Source: Macrostomum lignano (Eukaryota). From it: a stretch of DNA of 64,000 nt. The stretch spans positions 124,001 to 188,000 of the forward strand of contig NIVC01001546.1 in the NCBI GenBank assembly GCA_002269645.1, given 5' to 3'. Shown here one piece after another: positions 23,227 through 35,395 of this stretch (the first letter of the stretch is position 1; the number at the start of each line of letters is the position of its first letter). A program made the position numbers and the translations under genes. The notes below the pieces were generated by a model. That model was not told where the DNA came from. It saw only the letters and a program-made list of their open reading frames with translations, and did not search any database.

Positions 23227-23425
23227 GTCTAATATACTGCTAATGTAATATTACAATAATAGATAATACCGCATTCCTATTTCAGTCGAATTTTAACATC
23301 CAGCTAAAAGAGGCCGCGATTTCTTGTGTAAAAAGAGAGTGCAAAAGAAAAACAAAATTTGAGAATTCAAATTAATTGAGATCATTCTTTTTTCCCTGTA
23401 GACACCTCCCAGCCTAGCGATAAGC

Positions 23426-26400
23426 ATGTCTGGATTGGAAGTGGCCGCTTTCGGCGTACTGTTCGTGTTTGTAGTTAGCGGCATTGTCTATCTGCTGTTT
23501 AAACGCGCCCCTGGTCACAAAGAAGTTATGGGGGCTGCGTTAAGCTCCGGCGCGGCAGCTTCCAGCTCCAAGAAGGACGCTAATAAAAAGAAAACCAATA
23601 AGAAAAAAGAAGAAAAGAAAGAGAAAAGAGCTGCTGCGGCTCCTTCTGCTGTTGCTTCAACGGACAAAAAATCAGAAGAAACTCCCATTATTGCAAAGAC
23701 AGTTGCTTTCGTGGAGCCTCCGCAGCAGCAGCAGCCACCTCCGGCATCAAAGAAAGTCTCAGCCGCAGATAGTAGCAAAGCCGATAAGAAGAGCAGCCAG
23801 CCAGCTTCGTCATCGGTATTGCGTCATCGTAAGCTGGCTGCGCCAAACACAGCTGCTGCTCCGGCTCCACCGCCAGAGCCCGTGAACTTGGCCGGCTTCA
23901 CTCCGGTGGCCAGCAAGAAGAGTTTGAAAGCTCAGGCTCAGCAAAAAGCTCAGCACCAGGTGGAGGCTGACCAATCGAAACTAGCCAATGAAAAGCCTCA
24001 GGCTAATGAGAAACCTCAGCAACAGAAGCCTCAGGCTAATGAGAAACCTCAGCAACAAAAGCTTCAGGCTAATGAGAAGCCTCAGCAACAGAAGCTTCAG
24101 GCTAATGAGAAGCCTCAGCAACAGAAGCTTCAGGCTAATGAGAAACCTCAGCAACAGAAGCTTCAGGCTAATGAGAAGCCTCAGCAACAGAAGCTTCAGA
24201 CTAATGAGAAGCCTCAGCAACATAAGCTTCAGGCTAATGAGAAGGCTCAGACTAACGCAAAGTCTCAGCCGCAGCAGCGTCAAGCCAAGCCGCAGGCTCA
24301 GCTAAAACCAACCGAAGTAGATTCGGATAGGCCAGCATCGCCAACCCAGGAGGCCCTGGCTCTGGTTAAACGGACCAGCGGCTGTCGAATCGACGCGCTG
24401 GTTGAAGCTCTCGGCGCCTGTCCAACTTCTAAGCTTGATGCCCTTCGCGCCGAACTCGAATCCACCCGCCGTAGACTAGCCGAGGCTAGCGTTCGCGTTG
24501 CCGCTGCCCAGTCTGAGGCCCAATCAGCTGGCCAGCTCAAGCAAGAGCTGCAAAGATTGCGCGCTTCTAGCCAGGGCGCCACCCTGATGCAGCAGGAATT
24601 CAGCAAGAAGATCGCCGAGTTGCGCTCCGCCGAGGCCGAGATCGCCCGCCTGAAGGAGGCCCTGGCGGCGGCTGTCAACGGCGAGGCCGTGACGCGGTCG
24701 GCCGCCGACGAGGCTCGTCGACGCACCGAAGGCGCCGCAGTTTGTGATGGCTACGAGGCGGCTGTTGAAGCTCGCGAGATGGACGAACTGCGGAAGAAGA
24801 ACGATGTAAGTGCTATGAGTTTGTGCCAGCCTCCCAGATCCTCAGTTGATGGGCCAGCCTCCCAGATCCTCAGTTGCTGGGCCAGCCTCCCAGATCCTCA
24901 GTTGCTGGGCCAGCCTCCCAGATCCTCAGTTGCTGGGCCAGCCTCCCAGAGTGTCAGTTGCTGGGCCAGCCTCCCACATCCTCAGTTGCTGGGCCAGCCT
25001 CCCAGAGTGTCAGTTGCTGGGCCAGCCTCCCACATCCTCAGTTGCTGGGCCAGCCTCCCAGATCCTCAGTTGCTGGGCCAGCTTCCCAAATCCTCAGTTG
25101 CTGGGCCAGCTTCCCAAATCCTCAGTTGCTGGGCCAGCTTCCCAAATCCTCAGTTGCTGGGCCAGCCTCCCAGATCCTCAGTTGCTGGGCCAGCTTCCCA
25201 AATCCTCAGTTGCTGGGCCAGCTTCCCAAATCCTCAGTTGCTGGGCCAGCTTCCCAAATCCTCAGTTGCTGGGCCAGCCTCCCAGATGCTCAGTTGCTGT
25301 TCACCCTGCCTATGTAATAATTATTTGTGTTTCATTAATGACTAAATCTATCTCTAACTACTTAACATTGTCTTTAATAGCTTAGGCTAGAATTTAGCTT
25401 GTTCTTGTCGATACTGTTTCATCAGATACACAGAGGGCAATGTTCCTACCGAATTGTATCTTGGTATTATTCTTATCCCAGAGCCTGCAGTCGGAGCTGC
25501 AGAAGGCGACCAACAGGGCAGACGCAGCCCAATCGGAGGTGGCCCGCGAGCGCCGGAGTATGTCCGAGGTGCAGTCGAAACTGGCCGAAGCTGTCCAACG
25601 ATTGGACGCCTCTAGCAAGGAGGTGTCGGCTCTGCAGACTGCTCTGGCACAGAAAGATGCCCAAGTGAAGCGGCTTGAGCAGCAACAGCAGCAGCAGCAG
25701 CAAGCTCCGAAGCGTCAACAGAGAAAATCGTCGTCAAACAGCAACGACGAAGAGCTGGCAAATCTGCGAATTAAAAACAATGAGCTGCGCGAGAAGAATT
25801 GGAAATTAGTTGATGCGCTCAAGCAGGCCGAGGAGAGAGCGGATAATTACCGACGCGAGGCTGACAGTCGGAAGCAGCAGCAGCAGCAGCAGCCGGCTGA
25901 CAATGCCGTGGCAACTGTTGCTTTGGAAGAGCAGCGGGCTAAAAATAACGAATTGCGACAGAAGAACTGGGAGCTGGCGGACAGTTTGAGCGCTAATGAG
26001 AAACGAGCCGAGCAGTTGTCTGGCGAGTTGGCCAAGTATAAATTGGCTCTTGAGTATTCGGAAGGTGTGCTTAAAAAACTAGAAGCCTCCGTTGAAGAAG
26101 AAGAGGCTCGTTGGAAATCCGCCCTGTGCGCTTCAGAAGCCGATGTTGAAAAGTACAAAGCCGCCCTGGCGTCCGCTGTTAGCGAGCTGCGTCGCTACAG
26201 AGGGTCTTCGAATGATGTAAGCCCGGTTGCTTTTCTATTAGTCTCCAAATTTTTACAATTTCCCAAGTAAGAATGATTGCTTTATACACTCTCTGATATC
26301 GATTTTTTAGGATTTGACCGACCTGAATTTTGCCTATCATTGCGTTGAGAAGTCTCTGACTAACATTGTTGACGAGGTTTGTTCGCCTTCTCATTATTAG

Positions 26401-28701
26401 AGCCTCAATGTACTTTGTAAAGAGAAATGGCTTTAGTAAACTGTGATGACTCTAGATAGCACTCTAGATTGTGGTGTGACTTTGAGATAGCACTCTAGAT
26501 TAGGTGTGACTTTGTGATAGCACTCTAGATTAGGTGTGACTTTGAATGGTTCGAAATTGCTTGAAATTCAACCTATCTCTTATTCCAGATGGAACAAAAA
26601 GTAAAGGAAATGGAAGATAAGCTTGGCAAAGTTTCGGCTGAAAGAGACAGTGCTAAACAGGTACGACCAGTGCACTTAATACTGAGGCGTATAATATTGT
26701 ATGCGAATTTCCTTATCGATAAAGTAAGCTTCATTTTTCAATGTCCGCAATTTTCTCAAGGCTGCCTCAAATGTGTCGGAGGTAATTAGCGTGCAGTGCT
26801 TTTTGTTGACAGACTTTTTTTTAAAAGATTTACCGGTAATTATAAACTTAGTCGGTAAATACTCGTTATTACCTTAAACTTAGCACCTGTTTTGCTTTGA
26901 CATCAGTTTTATCAGTTTTTGGCTGTGAATTTAGCAGCGCACTGTTAAGTATAAAACCTTTGGAACTGGGCTCTTGTTGCATTTGCGAAGATTGATCAGC
27001 ATTGCGTGTTGTTCTAAATTTACTTTACCAGTGCTTGACTTTTGATCACCCTTGTTTTTTTTTAAGGCTTGTTATGTGACTCACTATTAACAAGTTAATT
27101 AGACTTCTTTAATTTAGGTAAATAAGCTAAGTATTACTTATCCTATATACCTATATTATACACTATACAGGCTCAAATTGTAGCGTAAGTCGATTATCAA
27201 TTTTTAAACCTCTGTTCTGAAAGTTTTATGGTTTTTAAACCCTATTTGTAGTTTATTTTATAGTTTTGCAATTCATTCTTAACGTCCCTCTGTATGTGTA
27301 AATAAATTTCTTTACAGATCCAAGCCAAGCTGCAGGGAGAGCTGAATAGCGAAAAGCAGAGAGTGCAACAACTGGAGCAGAAAATGAAACAGCAACAGGT
27401 AAGTGTAGTTATCTCGTCGATGTCGTGTACTGTTATATGGTAGCTTAGTTTATAAAAGATAGTAAATATGAACTTTTAAATTACAGAAGTTCTAAAATAA
27501 CACATTTGTACTTTCTAAGTGAAAATGTACTTTTAAAGTAAACACTTTCAAGTACATGTGTACTTTTAAAGTACACTCTACTTCTACCGACATTCGGCAG
27601 TAAAAGTATACTTTAAAAGTACGCGAGTGCCATGATTTCTTGTCTATTTTGTACATAGACGTGTTTACTTTAAAAGTACATATTTACTGTGAAAATATAA
27701 ATGCGTTATTCTAGTACTTCTGTAATTTAAAAGTTCATATTTACTCTACTGTATTAGTACATAAGTACTTTAAAAAGTACAGATGCACCTGCAAGCATAC
27801 AAAGTTTTGTACATCCCTACTAATTTATTCTAGTCTCAGCCGCAGCAAAATGGCCAAGCGTCTTCAACCGCGTCAACCGTCGCCGCCCCCGCCGCCCCCG
27901 CACCGGCCCCGTCCCCAGCCCGCGCGGCCGCCCTTTCGCCTCCCCCTGCAGCGTCTCGCAACTCCAGTCGCCAAGCCTCGGAATCGTCGGCGGTGGCGGC
28001 GGCCGCGCCTGTTTCAACTGCAGCAGCGTCGGCTGTGGCCGGAGTCTCCGTTGCGGACGTCAGCGGCGGCAGCAGCGGCAGCGTCGGGCCGACCAGCGGC
28101 GGTGTGAGTAGCATGAGTAGCTCTAATAGTCACTGCTCCACTGGCTCCAGTTTGTTGGCTTAATCCATTGTCTGCATCCATTTTTCTTTTAAAAGAGTTA
28201 GCTAGTCAGATCGGGGTTGCTGCACTTAAAGTACCTTTGTCCTTTTTTAAATTGCTTTTCAACAGCCTTTGGTCTTGGGTTAAACTAATAGAATCTGCTT
28301 ACTTATTATTTGCTTCTAGAGATTACTTGCTGGACAGACTGAACTTTTGTTGAGCCCCGTTTTTGTATTATTATATAACTCTTGCCCATACATTTTTATT
28401 TGCAATAAGTACTTTGCTCTTTAATAACTACTGTGCAAATTTCAGTTTGATATTATCTTCTTTTTTCTGTTGTCATTTTTCTTTTCTTTATTGATTTTTG
28501 GCGTGTTTTATTTTATGGTTCTGTTTATACACGTATCTTTTTTTCGATATCAACATGTGCAATCAGATTGTTTCTGGTGTTTTATGGTTTCAGAAATTTT
28601 CTTTAACTTTTAGTTAGATGCAGCCTCTTAGATAGATAGATAGATAGATAGAAAGATAGATAGATAGATAGATGGATAGATAGATAGATAGATAGATAGA
28701 T

Positions 28702-28732
<31 letters not shown>

Positions 28733-28733
28733 C

Positions 28734-28803
<70 letters not shown>

Positions 28804-28811
28804 TTAGCTAA

Positions 28812-28887
<76 letters not shown>

Positions 28888-28909
28888 TTAGCTAAATAGA
28901 TAGATAGAC

Positions 28910-28955
<46 letters not shown>

Positions 28956-29156
28956 TAGATAGCGAGAAAGAGCGAGCGTAGCGAGCTCTTTCGAGCTTGC
29001 TTGCCGCAGCCAATCAAGCTGAATGCACGCACACAAGATCACCGGAAACGATTAAGGCAGCTGGAAAGCCAATGGGCGCGGTAAGCGCTTTTATCCAGAG
29101 GAACTACCTGCTAGATAGATAGATAGATAGATAGAAATACAGATAGATAGATAGAC

Positions 29157-29187
<31 letters not shown>

Positions 29188-32100
29188 AATACAGACAGAT
29201 AGATAGATAGTGACTGAAGGCATGCGCTCTATTCTATCCATCTAAGAGCGGCAAACCATTACAATGCTATATTTCGGCAGCGGGTTGGGCAATAGTTCAA
29301 TGATTTGATATTCAGTCCTATCGCATCCTGCATCGCAGCTTTCACTGTTCGTCACTTTTGCAGTATTTTATTGAAATATCTAGATACAACATGTTTCAAA
29401 TTGATTTGTTTGCGTAATTATCACTGACTTAATCAGGCGATTAGCAGGTAAAAGCTGGTATATTAGTTGAGCCCGGTCGCGTCCTCAATATTTTTGGCAT
29501 TCCGTTTTTTAGATAATAAAATCCACTCACTATTCTAAAAATAAAAAAAATAGTTTTGCAATGCTGTTTGTGTGCAGTATCCACATTTTGCTGGATCAAG
29601 CAGTTCAATAGTCTTCAATTGTTTATTCCCTAATCACCTGAATGTTTCGCATTTGCAGGCAAGACGAGAGAGCACTAGCTCCAAGGATGAGACTGGTGCA
29701 GTGAGTATATTTGCATTATTTAGGCACGGATCATTTCATAAACCTTGTCAGTATTTGGTGTAGTATGTTTGCTTTACTTGTCGAAACTGTCTCTGATTTC
29801 CTTATTTATATTGTGCTGGACTTATCTTCTAATTTCACTTCAAATATGGGTTTTTATTATTCACTTACTCTTCGCTTAACTCTTGCCAGTTTTTGTGTCG
29901 GTCAGTCAGAATTTATGCACGCTCTTCTCTGTTCTTCAATCAATTTGAATTTGGCGATATTGATTTATCGGCTTAGAAAATTATTTTCCTAGTTTATGTT
30001 ATGATTCTATACTTAAATAAACCATTGAACCCTGGTGGACTGACCCATTGACCCAATGACCCAGGTGGATTGACCCATTGACGAAATGACCCAGGTGGAC
30101 TGACCCATTGACCCAATGACCCAGGTGGATTGACCCATTGACACAGGGTGATTGACCCAATGATCTAGGTTCCAGGTTGATTGACCCAGAAACCCAGCTG
30201 GACTGACTCAATGACCCTGTTGTATTGACTCAATGACTCAGGTTCCGGGATGATTGACCCAGGTTCCAGTGTGATTGACCCAATGACCCACGTTCCAGGT
30301 GATTGACCCAGTGACCCAGGTTCCAGGGTGATAGACCCACTGATCCAGTTGAATTGACCCAATGACCCATGATCCAACTTCGATTTATGAGTAAACAATC
30401 GCAAGCTCGTAGTTGAATTTTTGCAATCCTACTGATTACAAAGGCGGATGTACTCCAGGGTTCCTGTACGTTTGTCTTACTCTGATATATGCACTTAATT
30501 ACTCTTAGTGTAGTTTCATTTAGTTAAAATCAATGTCTATCTGGCACATATTACATGTATTTAACATTCTATAAATGTTAATGTGATTACAACGATTTCT
30601 TCTTATACAGTTGAGTTGAATTCAGTATCAATGTGTTTCGTGTCATCTTTGTTTCTGAGCTTGCACCAGAGCCTACCGTCTTCAGTGCTCAAAATCGCAA
30701 CAGAGGAACAGTTCTGTGCGTTCACCCTTGTCGCGTGTGCTTCGTGTGAAATCGGAATTGCGCTCTTGTCTTGCTTTAGCGCGTGTGTAGTTATTATTAA
30801 TTTGTGCGCTCACTTGGAGCTACGAGCTCGAATATATATATAGATTACTGAGTTAACAGTTCACTGGGGTTCTTTGTTTTGCTTTGGAAATATGAATACA
30901 AACTGATATAGATAGGCGGGCGGACTGGCAGACAGACAGACCGACAAACACACAGAAGACAGACAGACAGACACACAGAAGACAGACAGACAGACACACA
31001 GAAGACAGACAGACAGACACACAGAAGACAGAATGACAGGCAGGCAGACAGACAGACAGACACACAGAAGACAGAATGACAGGCAGGCAGACAGACACAC
31101 AGAAGACAGACAGACAGACACACAGAAGACAGAATGACAGGCAGGCAGACAGACAGACAGACACACAGAAGACAGAATGACAGGCAGGCAGACAGACAGA
31201 CACACAGAAGACAGAATGACAGGCAGGCAGACAGACAGACAGACACACAGAAGACAGACAGACAGACACACAGAAGACAGAATGACAGGCAGGCAGACAG
31301 ACAGACAGACACACAGAAGACAGAATGACAGGCAGACAGACAGACAGACACACAGAAGACAGACAGACAGACACACAGAAGACAGAATGACAGGCAGGCA
31401 GACGGACACACAGAAGACAGAATGACAGGCAGGCAGACAGACAGACAGACAGACACAGAAGACAGAATGACAGGCAGGCAGACAGACAGACAGACACACA
31501 GAAGACAGACAGACAGATACACAGAAGACAGAAGACAGGCAGGCAGACAGACAGACAGACACACAGAAGACAGACAGACAGACACACAGAAGACAGACAG
31601 ACAGACACACAGAAGACAGACACACAGAAGACAGAATGACAGGCAGGCAGACAGACAGACAGACACACAGAAGACAGAATGACAGGCAGGCAGGCAGACA
31701 GACAGACAGACAGACACACAGAAGACAGAATGACAGGCAGGCAGACAGACAGACAGACACACAGAAGACAGACAGACAGACACAGAAGACTGAATGACAG
31801 GCAGGCAGACAGACAGACAGACACACAGAAGACAGAATGACAGGCAGGCAGACAGACAGACAGACACACAGAAGACAGAATGACAGGCAGGCAGACAGAC
31901 AGACAGACACACAGAAGACAGAATGACAGGCAGGCAGACAGACAGAGGCGGGCGGTAGACAGACAAACCAGGGGCTCTAAGACAGACAGGCACACAGACA
32001 ACACTAAGACAGAAAGGAGAATGAAAGATGTTAGCTAAAATCTTCCAATGCCGAAAATTTACATGTAGGTAGCGATTAGAAATATGAAGTATTAAATTTT

Positions 32101-32416
32101 ACTGCGAGTTCACCTCAGCCAATGTAAGTATACTTGCACTTACGCCTTTTATCTGTGATCTGTAAAACAGTTTGAAAATGCTTAACTGAAATTCAATTTT
32201 GACAAGTAAAGAATTGTTTCACTGCTTTTAATTTGTTTTAACTTTTCAGGCCCCCAAGAAGAAGAAAAAGGGTGTGCTGGGCTGTGAGTTTTTTGTTTAT
32301 TGTCTTGCTAATTATGTTCTATTTTAATTTTAAAGTACATGGTGCTTTTTTAATATATAATCGAAATTATTTTTTTTATTTCAGTGTTCAATAAAAACAA
32401 AGACAAGAGCAAATGA
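23426..32416 (+). CDS. RRBP1(p180)/kinectin-like ER membrane coiled-coil protein, 8 exons, about 881 aa
   Basis: Exons 23426-24805, 25482-26216, 26589-26660, 27318-27398, 27834-28103, 29659-29700, 32250-32283, 32385-32416. All junctions are GT-AG and phase-compatible (2646 nt). N-terminal TM helix, Lys-rich segment, tandem repeat, long coiled coil, ends [19 protein letters not shown]. Family assigned from architecture, not by a database search. Confidence 0.8.
24002..24232 (+). repeat. Coding 33-bp repeat x7 ([11 protein letters not shown])
   Basis: Seven in-frame units plus partial flanking units. Confidence 0.95.
24826..25300. repeat. 28-bp minisatellite in intron 1
   Basis: CCTCAGTTGCTGGGCCAGCCTCCCAGAT and variants; same family as 35041-35395. 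Confidence 0.95.
27461..27745. mobile_element. Intronic foldback/MITE-like inverted repeat
   Basis: About 85-bp imperfect arms (AGTAAATATGAACTTTTAAATTACAGAAGT...); no TSD seen. Confidence 0.55.
28628..29210. repeat. (GATA)n microsatellites flanking a unique segment of about 150 bp
   Basis: Direct reading. Confidence 0.95.
30020..30370. repeat. Degenerate 30-bp minisatellite built from GACCC subunits
   Basis: GACCCATTGACCCAATGACCCAGGTGGA(T/C)T. Confidence 0.9.
30925..31990. repeat. Compound (GACA)n / GAAGACAGAATGACAGGCAG higher-order repeat
   Basis: Direct reading; source of the VCLS-type ORFs. Confidence 0.95.
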
Positions 32417-32880
32417 ATGCCAAACTGGAAAACTTGAACTGCAATATGTCTGTTACCATTGCGCAAACTTCTCTCTATCTTTTTCTCGAAGCAGCATGTT
32501 CATTTCGTAAGTGCAAGAGTCCCTGTCTACATCGTCTATAAGTTTTTGTTTTCAATTCATGCTAAACTAAAAAAAATCAAAAACTCACTGGCTGTTTCGA
32601 ACAAAATCAGTTTTCTATAGTTATTATTGTTGATTTCAAAAATTTATTATGACGCAATATTGTTTGGGTTTGTTGTTTCACTTTCAATATAATTGTAGTG
32701 ACCCAATGAATATATATATTCATTGTCTGGATATATTTATTGGGTGTCGGTCAACTTCACTCTCAGTTTTTTATTGGATGTGCTTTTTATTTTCTCCATC
32801 GTTTATGTAATTTAGGTGTTGCCATTTTGTGTGAATTAACCCATTTTCTCATAATTTGACTTTTTAAAGATTTTTTATGA

Positions 32881-34285
32881 GACTGAAACTGTGTCTCAGC
32901 CTAGAGATCTCATAGTGACACTTTGAAACTGTGTCTCAGCTTAGAGATCTCATAGTGACACTTTGAAACTGTGTCTCAGCCTAGAGATTTCATAGTGACA
33001 CTTTGAAACTGTGTCTCAGCTTAGAGATCTCATAGTGACACTTTGAAACTGTGTCTCAGCTTAGAGATCTCATAGTGACACTTTGAAACTGTGTCTCAGC
33101 TTAGAGATCTCATAGTGACACTTTGAAACTGTGTCTCAGCTTAGAGATCTCATAGTGACACTTTGAAACTGTGTCTCAGCCTAGAGATCTCATAGTGACA
33201 CTTTGAAACTGTGTCTCAGCTTAGAGATCTCATAGTGACACTTTGAAACTGTGTCTCAGCTTAGAGATCTCATAGTGACACTTTGAAACTGTGTCTCAGC
33301 TTAGAGATCTCATAGTGACACTTTGAAACTGTGTCTCAGCTTAGAGATCTCATAGTGACACTTTGAAACTGTGTCTCAGCTTAGAGATCTCATAGTGACA
33401 CTTTGAAACTGTGTCTCAGCTTAGAGATCTCATAGTGACACTTTGAAACTGTGTCTCAGCCTAGAGATTTCATAGTGACACTTTGAAACTGTGTCTCAGC
33501 TTAGAGATCTCATAGTGACACTTTGAAACTGTGTCTCAGCTTAGAGATCTCATAGTGACACTTTGAAACTGTGTCTCAGCTTAGAGATCTCATAGTGACA
33601 CTTTGAAACTGTGTCTCAGCTTAGAGATCTCATAGTGACACTTTGAAACTGTGTCTCAGCTTAGAGATCTCATAGTGACACTTTGAAACTGTGTCTCAGC
33701 TTAGAGATCTCATAGTGACACTTTGAAACTGTGTCTCAGCTTAGAGATCTCATAGTGACACTTTGAAACTGTGTCTCAGCTTAGAGATCTCATAGTGAGA
33801 CTTTGAAACTGTGTCTCAGCTTAGAGATCTCATAGTGACACTTTGAAACTGTGTCTCAGCTTAGAGATCTCATAGTGACACTTTGAAACTGTGTCTCAGC
33901 CTAGAGATCTCATAGTGACACTTTGAAACTGTGTCTCAGCTTAGAGATCTCATAGTGACACTTTGAAACTGTGTCTCAGCTTAGAGATCTCATAGTGAGA
34001 CTTTGAAACTGTGTCTCAGCTTAGAGATCTCATAGTGACACTTTGAAACTGTGTCTCAGCTTAGAGATCTCATAGTGACACTTTGAAACTTTGTCTCAGC
34101 TTAGAGATCTCATAGTGACACTTTGAAACTGTGTCTCAGCTTAGAGATCTCATAGTGACACTTTGAAACTGTCTCAGCTTAGAGATCTCATAGTGACACT
34201 TTGAAACTGTGTCTCAGCTTAGAGATCTCATAGTGACACTTTGAAACTGTGTCTCAGCCTAGAGATCTCATAGTGACACTTTGAA
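32881..34285. repeat. Homogeneous 40-bp satellite, about 35 copies
   Basis: CTTTGAAACTGTGTCTCAGCTTAGAGATCTCATAGTGACA; no spacers. Confidence 0.97.
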
Positions 34286-35040
34286 CCTGTGTCAAATGGT
34301 GATAATGCTGAGTGGAAAATATTCTTTGATATTTACTCTATCAGCCATCTTGTCTTTGGTGTTGTCCGCTATAGACACAATAGAGACCCATTGGCTCCTC
34401 CAAAGTTATTAATTATTCATTATTTTCATGTCGCCATAGATTGCGCCTTTGTCTTTTACTTTTTTGTCGTGTGCTTGCCTTTTGTTTTTTCGACACAAAA
34501 AGCAGTTAGTAAGTTAAATTTGAATAATTATTGAGCTAGCATTTTGAACCTATTTGTTACATTAGTTACATCACAAGGTCAAATTACTCGTATATGAATT
34601 CGTGAAGCAATTTTTTTTACAACTTTGGTGCCAAATACCAGAAAGTTGATTGGACAAGGATTCTTTAGTATCTAACTAGTCAATTGAGTTATGAGCTGGT
34701 ATTTTTGGCTAATAGGAAACCTGCTATGCAGGATTATTATTATTTTTTATAGAAGCAATTCAAGAGTTTGAAGGAGCCATATATTCGTTTAGTAGAATAA
34801 TTTTTCAATTTAGTTTTGTGTCAGCCGTGTTGGTTTGGTTTTGTCACTTCGCTGCCTTGCAACCCGCGCCTAGCAAACAAATGTTTTCTGTTTAATGACA
34901 ACAGAGTGATAATTTTGTGTGTCTATTGAGTCGGAAGCGTCTCTCTCCAGTTTGGGTTGAACCGCTTTGAGTAATAGTAACTCCCTATCTTTAAGCATCT
35001 TCCCATGCCTTCTGCAGGGTACATAGGGTGCTTTGAATTT

Positions 35041-35395
35041 CTTCCAGATCCTCAGTTGCAGCCTGGGACAGCCCCCTAGATCCTCAGTTGCTGGGCCAGC
35101 CTCCCAGATCCTCAGTTGCTGGGCCAGCCTCCCACATCCTCAGTTGCTGGGCCAGCCTCCCAGATCCTCAGTTGCTGGGCCAGCCTCCCACATCCTCAGT
35201 TGCTGGGCCAGCCTCCCAGAGTGTCAGTTGCTGGGCCAGCCTCCCACATCCTCAGTTGCTGGGCCAGCCTCCCAGAGTGTCAGTTGCTGGGCCAGCCTCC
35301 CACATCCTCAGTTGCTGGGCCAGCCTCCCACATCCTCAGTTGCTGGGCTACAGCCTCCCACATCCTCAGTTGCTGGGCCAGCCTCCCAGATTATT
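35041..35395. repeat. 28-bp minisatellite, second array
   Basis: Same monomer and variants as 24826-25300. Confidence 0.95.

Noticed and set aside
24806-25345. C-terminal part of the 639-aa ORF 23426-25345
   Set aside because: Read-through past a consensus donor (GAT|GTAAGT at 24806) into a 28-bp intronic minisatellite; the spliced model continues the coiled coil.
27836-28114. Minus-strand Ala/Gly-rich ORF
   Set aside because: Shadow of the GC-rich plus-strand exon 27834-28103, which has proper acceptor, donor and phase.
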